From assembly GCA_019058365.1 (NCBI GenBank), contig JAHPZE010000022.1, positions 1 to 64,000 of the forward strand: a DNA stretch of 64,000 bases. The letters run 5' to 3'. This DNA comes from Promethearchaeota archaeon. GTDB lineage: Archaea > Asgardarchaeota > Lokiarchaeia > Sigyniarchaeales > SOKP01. Of this stretch, positions 1 through 12,700 are shown one piece after another. Both the position numbers and the translations under genes were made by a program. Numbering within the stretch: position 1 is the first letter of the stretch; every line of letters starts with the position of its first letter. A model generated the notes under the pieces. It was not told where the DNA came from. It ran no database searches and saw nothing but the letters and a program-made list of their open reading frames with translations.

Positions 1-34
1 GCAATTTTATAAGAAACCAAGATACCGAAATATT

Positions 35-56
35 TAAAACCCATCACTGGGTTTTA
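35..56. repeat. Perfect 9-bp inverted repeat (TAAAACCCA-tcac-TGGGTTTTA)
   Basis: Read directly: arms at 35-43 and 48-56, 4-nt loop. Function unknown. Confidence 0.6.
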
Positions 57-730
57 TAACTACCCAAAATATGGAATTTTTATCCCCAAAAAGGTAATTT
101 TTGCACACGATAGAAAATTCATTTGGGGTAAAAAATCTGATCAATTCATATTAAAAGGAAAAAATTTTAACTTATTTCTTTGCACCACTCCACGAATCTG
201 TGGACACCCCCAACGCGAACATTTAAATAAGAAGATAGTAAATATATTTAATATCTGAGGTTTTATGCCCACAGGTTTCAGATGATAAATATAAGGATAA
301 AATTTCATGTGTATCATGTTAAATAACGTATCTACTATAAAGTACGATTAACATAAAGATAGATTATAAATGAATAAAATTTATAGTAAAAAAGTTAAAG
401 AATTTAATTTGGAAAATACAGAACAAGAATTCATAAGTCTTTTATTAGTAATTGCTAGGATGAGTGTTAAATGATGGCATTAAGTAGGGATATTAGAGGT
501 GATTGCGATCATGATTTGTTACTTGATATCAAGTATCCTCTAAGGGCGGACCAAGTTCTTTGTGATATCGAGAAAAAAATATTAAAATGCGATTTTAATA
601 CATTGCTTCCCATTCAGCGCCGTCAGGTGGCTTCTCTTTTTAAGCGTTTAAAATTTCAGCCTCGCCTACGCCTTGTGTATATAAAGCTTATAAATATTAT
701 AATTTTAGATAATAAGTTGTTTCAAAACCT

Positions 731-756
731 AAGTATTTATTATATATTTAATAAAA
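731..756 (+). promoter_or_regulatory. Possible archaeal TATA-box region for the giant gene
   Basis: AAGTATTTATTATATATTTAATAAAA lies ~16-40 nt upstream of ATG 772, compatible with a leaderless or short-leader transcript. The AT-rich background makes this weak. Confidence 0.3.
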
Positions 757-759
757 AGC

Positions 760-3700
760 GTGAGCAAGAAAATGAGTAAAATGAAACAAAGATCTATAGA
801 AATGAGATCGAAATTGGATAAATACTTGCCAAAAAGTCCAGAATATTCTGAATCGGATTATGAGAAAGATTTTCGATTAGATGAGGATATAGAATTTATG
901 AACTGTATTAAACGCCATGGGATAGAACCGGCAGTGATCAATAGACAAGGGGATGAGATAAAGAGATTAAAGGAGATCGCAATGTACGAATATTTTGGTC
1001 GAGATATCACAAGAGGTCAGGAGATTTTTATAGATAAAATCAAAAATAGATCAGTGCAACCTAAAAGAAGGAGTTGCAAAGTAGGCTCTCGAGATTTCGC
1101 CAAGGTTGCTGGGCCAGAGGATATAGATTTTAAACTCAAAGTAGACTACAATCTTAAGAATTATAGCACAAAAGAAATTGATGAGGAAATCTTTAAAAAT
1201 ACTCCTTCAGGATTAGAATGTTGTATACTTGAGATAGAAGAGAATTCATCTGAATCTGGTGAATCCATTAATAGGAGTGAGGAAATATGTATGGATGTAA
1301 GCAATTCTACCGCCAGTGATAATGGCGCCACCCTAAAAGTAAAACAAGGTGCCTCCCAAAAGTTTCTAAAGTGCTTAAGAATATATCTCCTGTTTATACT
1401 CTTCAGAAATTATCTATGTTTAGTTGCTTTCGCTTCAATCCCTATTTTATTAGCTTTTTTCACTTTTGGACTATACTTCAGTTCATTCTTCTTTTTGTTT
1501 AATATACTTTTCCCGATTCTAGTGGTTTTAGCTGTATGTATATGTCTTATAGTGCCGTATTATTATTTTTACTCCATAAAACCATTTAGAAAGAGAATTA
1601 AGGAGAAGAAGGTCCCTAGTAAGATTTTTTCCTACTCTTATAAAATTATGAGAGGGATTATCATTTCATTGATTTCATTTTTATATCCCTTCTTATATGG
1701 TATCTATTTTACAGTGTCAATGCCTTCAATATTCACGGTATACCTTATCACTTTGGATTTTCTCCTCTATGGATATTGTCTTGTAAAATATATCATTAAA
1801 GGTAATGTCTCATCGCCATTAAGGCTAATTTTCACCGAGATAAGCATCGCATTTCTCTCTCTTTCCGGCATTATTCTTATTGCTAAGGGTCTTATTCAAA
1901 CGCTTTTATATATTATACCCATTTTTATCCTAATATCATATATGGTATATGTACGCCCAATAAAGAATAGAAATATTGAGGATATAATCAATAGAGATCT
2001 TAATCAGAAAATTAAGAACTCTGTTGCCAAAAATCCATTCTTTACAATAATAAAATTTTCTCTTATTTTATGTTGTATTGGTGTTATTTTTTCTCTATTA
2101 CCATTAAACTCAACAGCTTCTGCATTTATGCTTACTTTTTATACAGGAATGATTATTTTTATGGCAGCGCTATGTGGGGTTTTTCTGATAGGTTCCCTTG
2201 TTGAGAACATGAAGAGAAAAAAAGGAAATTTGTGGTGGTCCTTGTTCTTTTTGATAATAGGAGTGATAATTTGTAATTATCTCTTTTTTACGCCTCTTCA
2301 ACTCTTATTAATTCCGATATCAATCGTATTTATCTCTATTTTATTATATACGTGGAATGCCCAAAAAAGTGATAGGAAGGCTCGCCCTGTTTCGCTTATC
2401 AGCTTTTTTCTAATATTCATGACTTTGTTTTTGGCAATACCCTCAATAGTAGATATTACCTCTCCTACCTATGGGTTTGCCCAAGTTCAAAACGCAGACA
2501 GGATTGAAAGATCGGTCAATATTGAGTATTTAGAATACTATTCTTCTTTAGAAGATTTTGAGCTTACCATTAACGATAAATTTGTGGCTAAAAGTGCAAT
2601 AACTCCAAATCTAGGTACCGCATCTACCATGAGAGTGAGGATTACACCAGTAGATGTCCCCTATATAGAGGGGTATCAGATAGAGCGTTATCATGATTTT
2701 ACTTCTGAATCTGTACCTAATTATGATTATACCTATATACATCATTATGATCTTTTTACCTCTGTACCTCTGGACACAGTAGAATTGCTTCCTGGAGAAT
2801 ATGAAATAAAATTATACTACTCCGAGCTAACCTTATCGGGAGTTAGAGACGCTGACCCCGAAATATATACGATTACCCTTGATAAAGATGATCTTGAATC
2901 TCTTCCTTATGAAGATTTTAAGTTAGGAATAGAATATGGGTCAGTCTATACAATTAGAAGAAATAACTCATGGAATATAATTTATAATGGGAAAATCGTG
3001 AATTCGTTACATGAATCCGTGCCGGTAAAGAACGTAAACCTGTATTTTGAGAATTTTGATAAATGGGAAAAAGTAGCTACCGTAGATACTGATCATAATG
3101 GACGGTTTTATTTTAATTATACAAAATTTGGCGATATTGAGGAAAATCCACTCGTAAAGGTGGAATGGAATGGTCAAGATGATGTATTAGGAAGTCTCTA
3201 TCATCCCTTAGAGCATATTGAATATGCGGGGATAGAATGGAATACAGATGATAAATGGTACTTTACTGATGAAGATGGTAATGGGTATCCTCAATGGCCA
3301 TTTACACTTTATGATTTACTTCGTGTCCTCCCGAGTTATGCTGAATCCCCTCTTTCTTCTTCATTGGAGTTTATGGCTGAATTTAATGAAAATTCTGGAT
3401 CAAGTACGTATGACCGCATTCATAACCTCGAAGGTATGTTAGAGGGTAATACATCGTGGACAACTGGGAAACGGGATGGAGGCCTTGGATTTGATGGAGA
3501 GGGTATTGTAAGCGAAGGTGAGTCAATTGGGTCTATAATCTATAATGCTTATGCCAACGTTTCTTATGAATATGGGAGTGGAGGAGGCGGTGTGAGCAAT
3601 TGGCACGCTGAATCAGATTCAGAGCAATCAATTACAAGTTCAAGTTATGCTGAGAAGCATACTTTAGATTTTACTGCTCCTAATCAAGGAGATTATTTAA

Positions 3701-6700
3701 TCATTGTGAGCTGTGAGACTGCTCCCGCTTCAACAAGTTATTCTGTAGGTGTGCGAACGCAGTTAGATGATACAACTACGATTATGGAAGCTTTATACGA
3801 AGGAGTTAATTCTAATAAAGATTTAGAGTATAGATCCGAATCTACTATTTATCTAGCAGAGAGTTTAGCTAGTGGTTCGCACTCAATTGATATTGACGCT
3901 TTACGAGAAGGAGGCACTGCATATATTAGATATGCCCGCATTATAGTTTTGCGACTCGATGATTGGCTTTCCACTTCTGGGATGTATAAATATGGAGCAA
4001 ATGAAGGCGCAATTTCACTTGCAGGTGCAGAGGCATCCTATAGTGATGCCGTATCTATTACTTTTACTCCTGATATTGCCGGAGATTATTTAGTATTAGC
4101 AAGCATGGAGATGTATTGCGGTTATACTAGTGATTCTATTAGTGGTCGAATTAATTATGATAGTGCTTCTGAATATCTTCCAGTAGATAATACTGAAGAA
4201 TCATATGAAAATTATGTTACATATGAATCTAAAGACACAACAGATTGGGAATCGTTTGCATGGGGTGGTATTGTAAATATGCCTACAAGTTCTAAGACAA
4301 TTAAAGTGGAAGCGTGCAGAACTGGGGGAAGCAACGGTAATGCCGACGTAAGACGGAGAAGAATCATTGCCATCCGTATAGATGCCATGAGTGAAGATAC
4401 CGAATCTACGGAAGATGCATCACGCACATCAACGACAAGCCAATGGGCAGATAAATCAACATTAATGTTTACCCCTTCATCTCAGCAAGATTATTTTATC
4501 TTAGGCGGAATTGTTATAAAACCAGATTCAACCAGTTATCCTTCTCATGCAGAATTGACTCATACTGCGGGTACAAGTCCGGAGACTATAAGTTTAATGA
4601 ACGCGGACTCTAAAGATTCTTCAAGTCCAGCAGATTGCATTCCAATGATTGGTATCGCTATTAAAGAATTAAACGCAGAATCTCAAACAATTAAGACCAG
4701 ATATGGATATGCGAATAGTGGAGGAAATACCTATGGCAAGGGCAGCTTTATTATTGCTGTTCCGCTGGGAGGCGAGGGAGGTACTACCCAAGCTGATGGC
4801 ATTGTACGTCCTGATGGTGACGTATCTGCTGAATGGAACGTCTCTCAAGTTAACGATCATTATACTCTTATCGATGAGGTCATATTAGATACAAATGATT
4901 ATATTTACACTTCCAGTAGCGCGAGTGGTACTATTACAGATGAGTTTACTATGGGATACCTTGATATTAGCAGTGGTACAGTCACTCAAATAGCGATAGA
5001 AGTATATGGTGAAGAAATTTCCATTGATTCAACTATAGATGTATATTGCGGGAGTTGGCTAGGTAGCAAACAGTTGGATATGAGTACCGAAGGATTTTAT
5101 ACGTACACCTGGTCTGGGCTTAGTCTATCGCAGACAGATTTAAATGGGTTAAAGATCAAATTTGAATCAGAAGCTCCTCAGGGGCAAGAATCTATTTATG
5201 AAGATTTTGATTATGTTGATTTTGGAGATATTCTAGATAATACACTTGGTACTTCCAATAATGAATTTGTGATTACGGGCTGGATTCATCCTACCCTCTT
5301 CTTATCGAATATATCTGATAATGGTATTCAAAACTGCTTCTTTTCTAAAAATGGAAATATAGAAATAGGAGTTAATGAGTCCGGTTATTTAAATCTCTAT
5401 ATTAAGACAGATACTACAGAAGCAATAGCCTCTTATGGTGTTCCAGGCGCGGTTGCTTTGCATACATGGACATATGTAGCTGTACTTTACAATGATTCTA
5501 ATGTTGATGTGTTTATCGAGGATTTCTTTTATAGATCTGCACTTGGGGGTATTGCAGAACCATGGAGTGGAAGTAGCAATCTTGTAACAGGTGGGGATCT
5601 CATAATAGGGGCGGAATTAAACTCCTATTCATGCTTTACTGGGAAATTAGATGATATCTCAGTGTTTAATTCTTCTATCTCGGATGCAGAGATTGAGAGT
5701 CATGCGGGAGGTCCTACATTAGCAATTGATACCCAAATCTCAAAAGAAGATGGCGAGGGAGGATGGATTCCTATAGTTGAATCTGGGGAGATAATTGAGG
5801 GGTATATTAATTTTGAATGTAATAGCACGGGGAAGCCGATAGAAACCTTAAAATTGTACTTATCTGGAGCCCAACCCGATTTGCAGAATCCCACTCCAAA
5901 TGAATGGAATTTGCTCACTACGTTTAATTATGACGATACATATTATTCTTATCTTGTCAATAGCTATGATCTTCCTAATAGTGACAGTTGGTACTTTATC
6001 TGTAAAGCAACTGATGATATTAATAATGTGGTATACGATTCTTATAGTGTCTATTTTACCACTAATCATACATCTGAAATGATTAATTTTACCTATATAG
6101 ATACAGATGGAAGGATTAATCATAATTCTCAGATCGGTGTAAATGTTTTAGAAGACCTTGAATGGCATATTTCCTCTTTAGATCTATTTATCAATTATTC
6201 CGGCGATATTGAGTACCTTACAAATGTAACCTATAACGATCTTTGTTCAAGCTATTGGTTGATATATTTAGATTCTTTGTCCGATTGGGTTTTTAATAAG
6301 GAATTAGATCCTGATGAGTACACCATCAATTTTATTGTAGAAGTAAACCTCACGTACGATTCCGGATTTTCCAATTATCTTTATAATTATACTTTACCAC
6401 AAGTTACATTGGATATTAAAGCTCCAGATATGGTGCTTGTATCCGGAGATCCATATACCCTTTCATTAGGCTATACTTATGATATTGTTGATAACAACAT
6501 AATAACCATGGCTATTAATTCCACAGATTTTCATTTCACTCATGTTCAACTAGAGTATAAATATAATACCCCTCAAGACGCAGTTTGGAGGACATATAAT
6601 ACCTTTTATGCAGATGGTAATTCACTTGCAGAAGTATCTTTTGATATCATAAATTTACGGGATGACAATATCTCAATTCGATTTAGAGGATATGATGATC

Positions 6701-9700
6701 TTTCTAATAATGAATTGTTTTATGAATCTAATTTTTGGTTTGTGAAAGATTTCAATAATCATTTAGAATTTGTGGTTGAAGGGTTATACAATAATTTTCT
6801 CTATGGGCTTGATCAAGATGATATGGTAGATTTAGAATTACAAATTTTACCTTTCGATAACGATATTTCCAAAGTAGTTATAAGTACAAGCTATGAGACA
6901 TTTACCCTTACAACAATATTTAATGAGTACGATTATATATATTTTGAAGATGTTGGTGCTGAAGAGATAAAGTTAAATGCAACATTTTATAATATCATAG
7001 GGACAGAATTTTCCTACATTCCGATTGAGGTAAAATTGTATCAAGAAACCACTTTGATAACATCAAAGCAGATAATAATTACGGTTACTGATACCATATT
7101 TACAGACCCCGTTCAGATCTCAAATATTGAAGTTGAGACGGGGTATCTATATCCAGCGACCTATAATTTTCAAGAAGATGAAGTAGGTACGAATGGAACA
7201 TCTATAGGATTTGTAAATTCCACAAGTTCTTTAGGTTTAGCAGAGATTACTTCAGCGAAAAATGGTCATAAAAATGTCCTCCATACTCAAGGAGATACTT
7301 CTATTATTGTTTATCATCTATTTGGTTCAGCAAAATATTCTGGAATAATTGAGTTCTGGTTATATTCAAACCTTCCGACTATAGGATGGGATGTTCAATT
7401 TAAGCTTTACAGTGATATAGATGATATCGGTTATTTATTTATTGATCACAACACCGGAATGCTCCGATGGTATGACTTTTCAACATCTATAGATATTTCT
7501 TTGGGAGATATAACAAGACAGTGGAACCATATAAAAATTGAATGGGACGGAAATTCTGTTATAATATATTTGAATGGTGAAAGCGGAGTAAGTGTCAATT
7601 TTGAAAGTGGAAAAAATTCTCCTACAAAGATTGCATTATGTAATTTTGATAGTTTTGAAGCATGGTGGGATGCTTTTGGTTTTAGTTGGGACTCTGAATA
7701 TTATATTGGAACTAATGTCTATCATACAAACCTTCTTGATATTTCAAGTGGATTTGAAAATGAAGATTGGGGTACTTCTGGAACAACTGTAGGATTTATA
7801 GATAATTTAGGGACTGCTGCTAATTGCGATTCAGAAATTGTTCCTGAATTTAATGATCATAAAAAGGTCTGGCGTTTGTATGATAATAATGGAGCAGGTC
7901 AAATATGGACATGTAATTATATAGGTTCGAAAACAAGTGGTACTATTGAATATTGGATGAAAAGTTCAGATGCTGCTAACTTAGCTCTTACTCAATTAGC
8001 AAATACAGGTTGGACAAAATATGCAATTCAAGTTGGAATCGATACTGACGCATTTGTTTATCATAGTAGGATATCAGGCTGGCAGAATATTCCAAATGCC
8101 CCAACACCTCAAGATGATACATGGTATCATATTAAAATTCAGTTTGATTGTAGTACTTATAAATTTCGTATATGGGTTGATAATATTTATTCTGGAGAAC
8201 TTGATTTTTCCAATACTGCGGACGATGCATATTTCTTTGTAATGAGAACAGAGACCGCAGATAGTGGATATTATGCATATTGGGATGCTGTAGGTTATTC
8301 CTGGGATGAAGATTATTGTCTTGGAAGCAATTTAAGAGTAGAACCAGCTAATATATTCATTAGCTTTGAAAATAATCTATATGCCTACAATAATTCTCAT
8401 AGTATACCATTTATTGTAAATAACCACCCTCCAGTTATTAAACTCTATGATTCAAATAATTATCTTTTAGGTATTGCCCAACTACGACCAAATTGTGATA
8501 CATACGGAATGGAATTATATAATACTGAAACAATTGAGATTCTTGATAATCATTTTATTGTATCGCTTCCCATTCCTGGAATCGGAGAAGTTTGCTCTAT
8601 TGAAAAAGTATGGGTGATTGGAACGCAATACGATTTTTCATATTTAATAAATAGTGACGGAGATCTGTTCATCCAACTTATTACTCCAAATAAATTAGAT
8701 GGTATATATGGGGCAGCCTATCCAATAGAAGTGGAGTATGGTATTTCAACGTCATTTAAATCCACAAATCAGTTTGCTGGTAACTTTGATTTTGCCTCAT
8801 TACCACAAGATACCTACACTATCATTTTTGAGTTTTATGACATCTCTGGAGTTACTTCTACATTTGAATTAAATGAGAGTATTTTTATTGATTTTGAAGG
8901 GCCTTATATCTACAATCAATTTCCAGGATCTTCTACTTCCATAAATCCTGATTCTGATTCCATCTCATTCATTATAAATGATATGTCCCCTATTGTAGAT
9001 TATTACTTTAATAATTCCATTAATGGATTTTGGCAAGTAATCGGAGATACTTACACCTTTTATTTCAATGATACTTCAATATCAGAGGGACTAAATTCAA
9101 TTCTCTTTAATTGTGAAGATTCTCTTGGATATACATCTACAAGTTATTTTACTTTACTTATTGATAGAACCGCTCCTGACATCACCTTACTCTCAAAGAA
9201 CTTTGATGAAATCATTACTAAATTATGTTCCTTTGATGTTCTCATTGATGATAACTCCAATTATGACATATCCTTGAAGGTTGTAGATTCCAATACTAGT
9301 GTTGTGTTTAATAATTTAGAATTCATTACGATAGAGAATCCTTCAGATACATGGCAAATTCTTTTTGATACAGGACAACTCCCAGATGGTTATTATGACA
9401 TTTACATATGTGTTACCGATTCTGTAGGGAATTATGCTGAATTACTTATTGATCCCTATTTTGATAACACTCCACCCATAATTGATACACTCATAGAACA
9501 AATCTCTGTGGATGATCAAAATATCTATAATAATACTATTACTGATTCTCTCTATTTCAATGACGAAGAATATCTCTATTTATCCGCTTCTGATATTACT
9601 TCAGATGGTTTTGATTGGGGTAGCATTAGCCCGCTATTAGGAGACCAAAGAGGTGTTCAAAATGTTACAATGTATTATACTATCCCATTAGAATGGTATC

Positions 9701-12700
9701 CCCTCTCAATCTCAGGGAGTTTGGATTATGAGACACTAATTTATGAAATTACGGGTTATGGAGATCCATTGAAGGGCGATCTGACCAAAATCAAGTCCAT
9801 TCAGAACTTGAAAATAGGAGGATATACTGTTGATAAATTCAATATTATTTTGGATGGTACTTCTTTATTGCTCTCTATTGATCCTCAATATCGATACTTA
9901 TTATCCTCAGCTTTTACAGACCAGATTTACGCTCAGTTCTTTGAAGCGGTTGCTGATCCAATTAACTTATCATATAATAGTAATACTCAAAATTGGGAAT
10001 TAATATCTTTAGAAAGAAATTACTTTAACATTTCAGATTATTTGTCTCTTACTGAGGGAAACCAATTTCTTCTTTGGTTCGAATTAAAAGATGGGTTAGA
10101 AAACGAGTTAATTTCTCGTAAATATAATGGCTTTTATGATAATTATATAGGACAAGATCCTCAAGGAGCAGAATCATTTTCATGGTATTTGGGGGCTAAT
10201 TCGAGTGGAGCAGGAATTATTATTTTTGGCTCGGATAATTATCCTGATTCCACGATTCAATTCAATATCTCTTCCATAGAGCTAACTGCTTTAGGAGAAC
10301 AAGATATCCATCGCATAATGATTTATGGTTCAGTTGATTCACAAAATTGGATCTATATTGGAAGAGCGTATTATTCTGGTGAGGAAAATTTATGGAATTA
10401 CTTCTGGGACGGGGATCGATTGGATCCAGTACCACCTCAAAATTATAACCTTAAAGGTCTTTTATTTGATATAGCGGGAAATTATCTTACCCAAACTCAT
10501 TCAATTAAGATTTATGATTATACCCAGATTAATTTGATTACAGATTTAGTGTTTGGGTCGGTATTTGAATTCAATTATACCGCCTATTCAAATATTCAAA
10601 ATATCGGAGGTATGATTGAAAATTATTTTGGCTCCAATAATATATGGGATGTAATTGCTCAGTTTTATTCACCATCGGAACACACATGGATCCCACTTTT
10701 TACAAATCCAACCACAATTCATACCAACGGTTCATATGAAATAACATGGGACATTTCCCAAGATCACGGTTTTCTAGATAATATGTACAACTTTTCTTAT
10801 GGTTATTTGCCATTACAAGTCGCTTCTGCTACATCTTCTGATTTGTGGGGATCATGGGGCACTTTTGGAGATACAATCTGGAAGCCCATAATTATTTCAG
10901 ATGCAAATGGTAATATCAATATTACTATATACCTATTTAATAATGAGACAGGATGGACCGTTGATAGCTCTTTAAGTTCTGAAATAACGATTCCTAACCT
11001 TAGCAATCAGGTATTTAAATTATTTGATATCAATAAAGATAACTCTTATGAAATTCTTAGAGTCTCTCCTGCTCAAATTGACGTGTTGTTCCTCAATCAG
11101 ACCACTTCTCAATGGGAAGTACAATTAGATGTTACACACCTTTCAGGCTATGAATACCAAGCATTTGATATCTCATACGATAGAAGTTCCTCAGATACGT
11201 TTTTATTCGTTACTCAAAAAGAGACCAGTTCAAATCATTTATCCCTCTGGAAATATCAATTTACTAATCAGTATAGCCTTACCCTCATAAAATCTGTGGA
11301 ATGCCCCGAAAATTTCGAACCTTATGCTATAAAATACAGTAATTATTTCTCTGGTTCTGACCGAAAAGCTCTAATTGTAGGGGGCTTGATTACAGACTCA
11401 TACTATTCACAACTCATCGAATTTGATTCGAATCTGAACGTGAAAAATATCATTATTGATGCCATTCTGGGAAAGATATCTCTCATTGAATATGATGATA
11501 TCGGAGGGCTTGATACGATTGTACTAGGAGTGAAGAGAGTGCTCATAGGGAAAATGGATGCGGTTATCACTCTACATAGGACATCCGGAACAGAAGAGTG
11601 GGTTGAATTTGAATTATCTAATTTCGATGAAGTTAGGTTTGAAATTTTTGATCTTTTAACAATTTCTGAAGATTGTATGAAAAAATTAATTATCTCATCT
11701 AATACAGGGCTTTTTGAGACGAAAATTACCTCATTTAAAGATGAATTATCAATAACCAGTCCTATATGTTTTTATTCTGAAACATTTACTATAGGAGAGT
11801 TAGCCCCCAGTTATTATCCTGAAATTATACCAGAAAAGACTCCTTTAAGTGCCGTCAATAAAATTACCTATAAACTCTCAAGCAGTAGTGAATGGAAGGT
11901 ATTAAGTCTTAATAAATATCTAGCTTCTCCATATAAGGTAAAGATGGATTTAACTTCTATATGGACTAATTTAGAATATGTGAAAATCGCATACTCGTTC
12001 AAATCATTTGTCGCAACGGTTCGAACTTCCGTTGATCCTTCATTTAACAATAAAACAGGAGCCTCAGATACGCAATACATATCAGCTTCGGGCACCTTTT
12101 TCGATAACCTCCCCTTAAACTTCCAATGGTTAAACCCGGCAACAAGATATATCGACCCTTATGCCAACTGGATTACTTTACCAAGCTCACTTTCCTATCA
12201 GTATCAACCGGTAATTTCTGGATTAGGAAATACCGTATTTTATCCCGAAGTGTATTATGGAGCGGATAATGGATATCTCCTTGCTCCCGAATTAGAGAAT
12301 TATTTAATAGATTATGGAGATTCGTATGATTCAGGACAGCTATCGCAATATCTAAGCGGACAAGACGATTATTATACTAATATGTTTGACGGTAATTTCG
12401 AAGGGAATTATATAGATTATGTAGCTATGTCCAATCCTTACATTTCAGACAATTACAACTTTGCTGATATGTATTATCCTGAAATTCAAGGCTCCGAAGG
12501 GGTTTATAATTCTTATGGTGATGGTCAATACGTCCTTGTGCGTAATAACCTTATAGACCTTGAACCATATAACTCTAGTGTCAGTATCATATATGATTCT
12601 GGAACTCTTCCTGTGGAACTCACAGCTCATTATTTACGAGAGTTAAAAGATGATGAGCCAGACTCTGATTATACTTATGGAACAGAAGGTGTTGAAGATG

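Noticed and set aside
13-258. Stop-free stretch in frame +1 at the window start
   Set aside because: No ATG and no recognisable protein features; it overlaps the hairpin cluster.
471-779. 102-aa ORF overlapping the start of the giant gene
   Set aside because: No recognisable motif, and its 3' half runs through the AT-rich putative promoter. A small real gene cannot be excluded, but it is unsupported.
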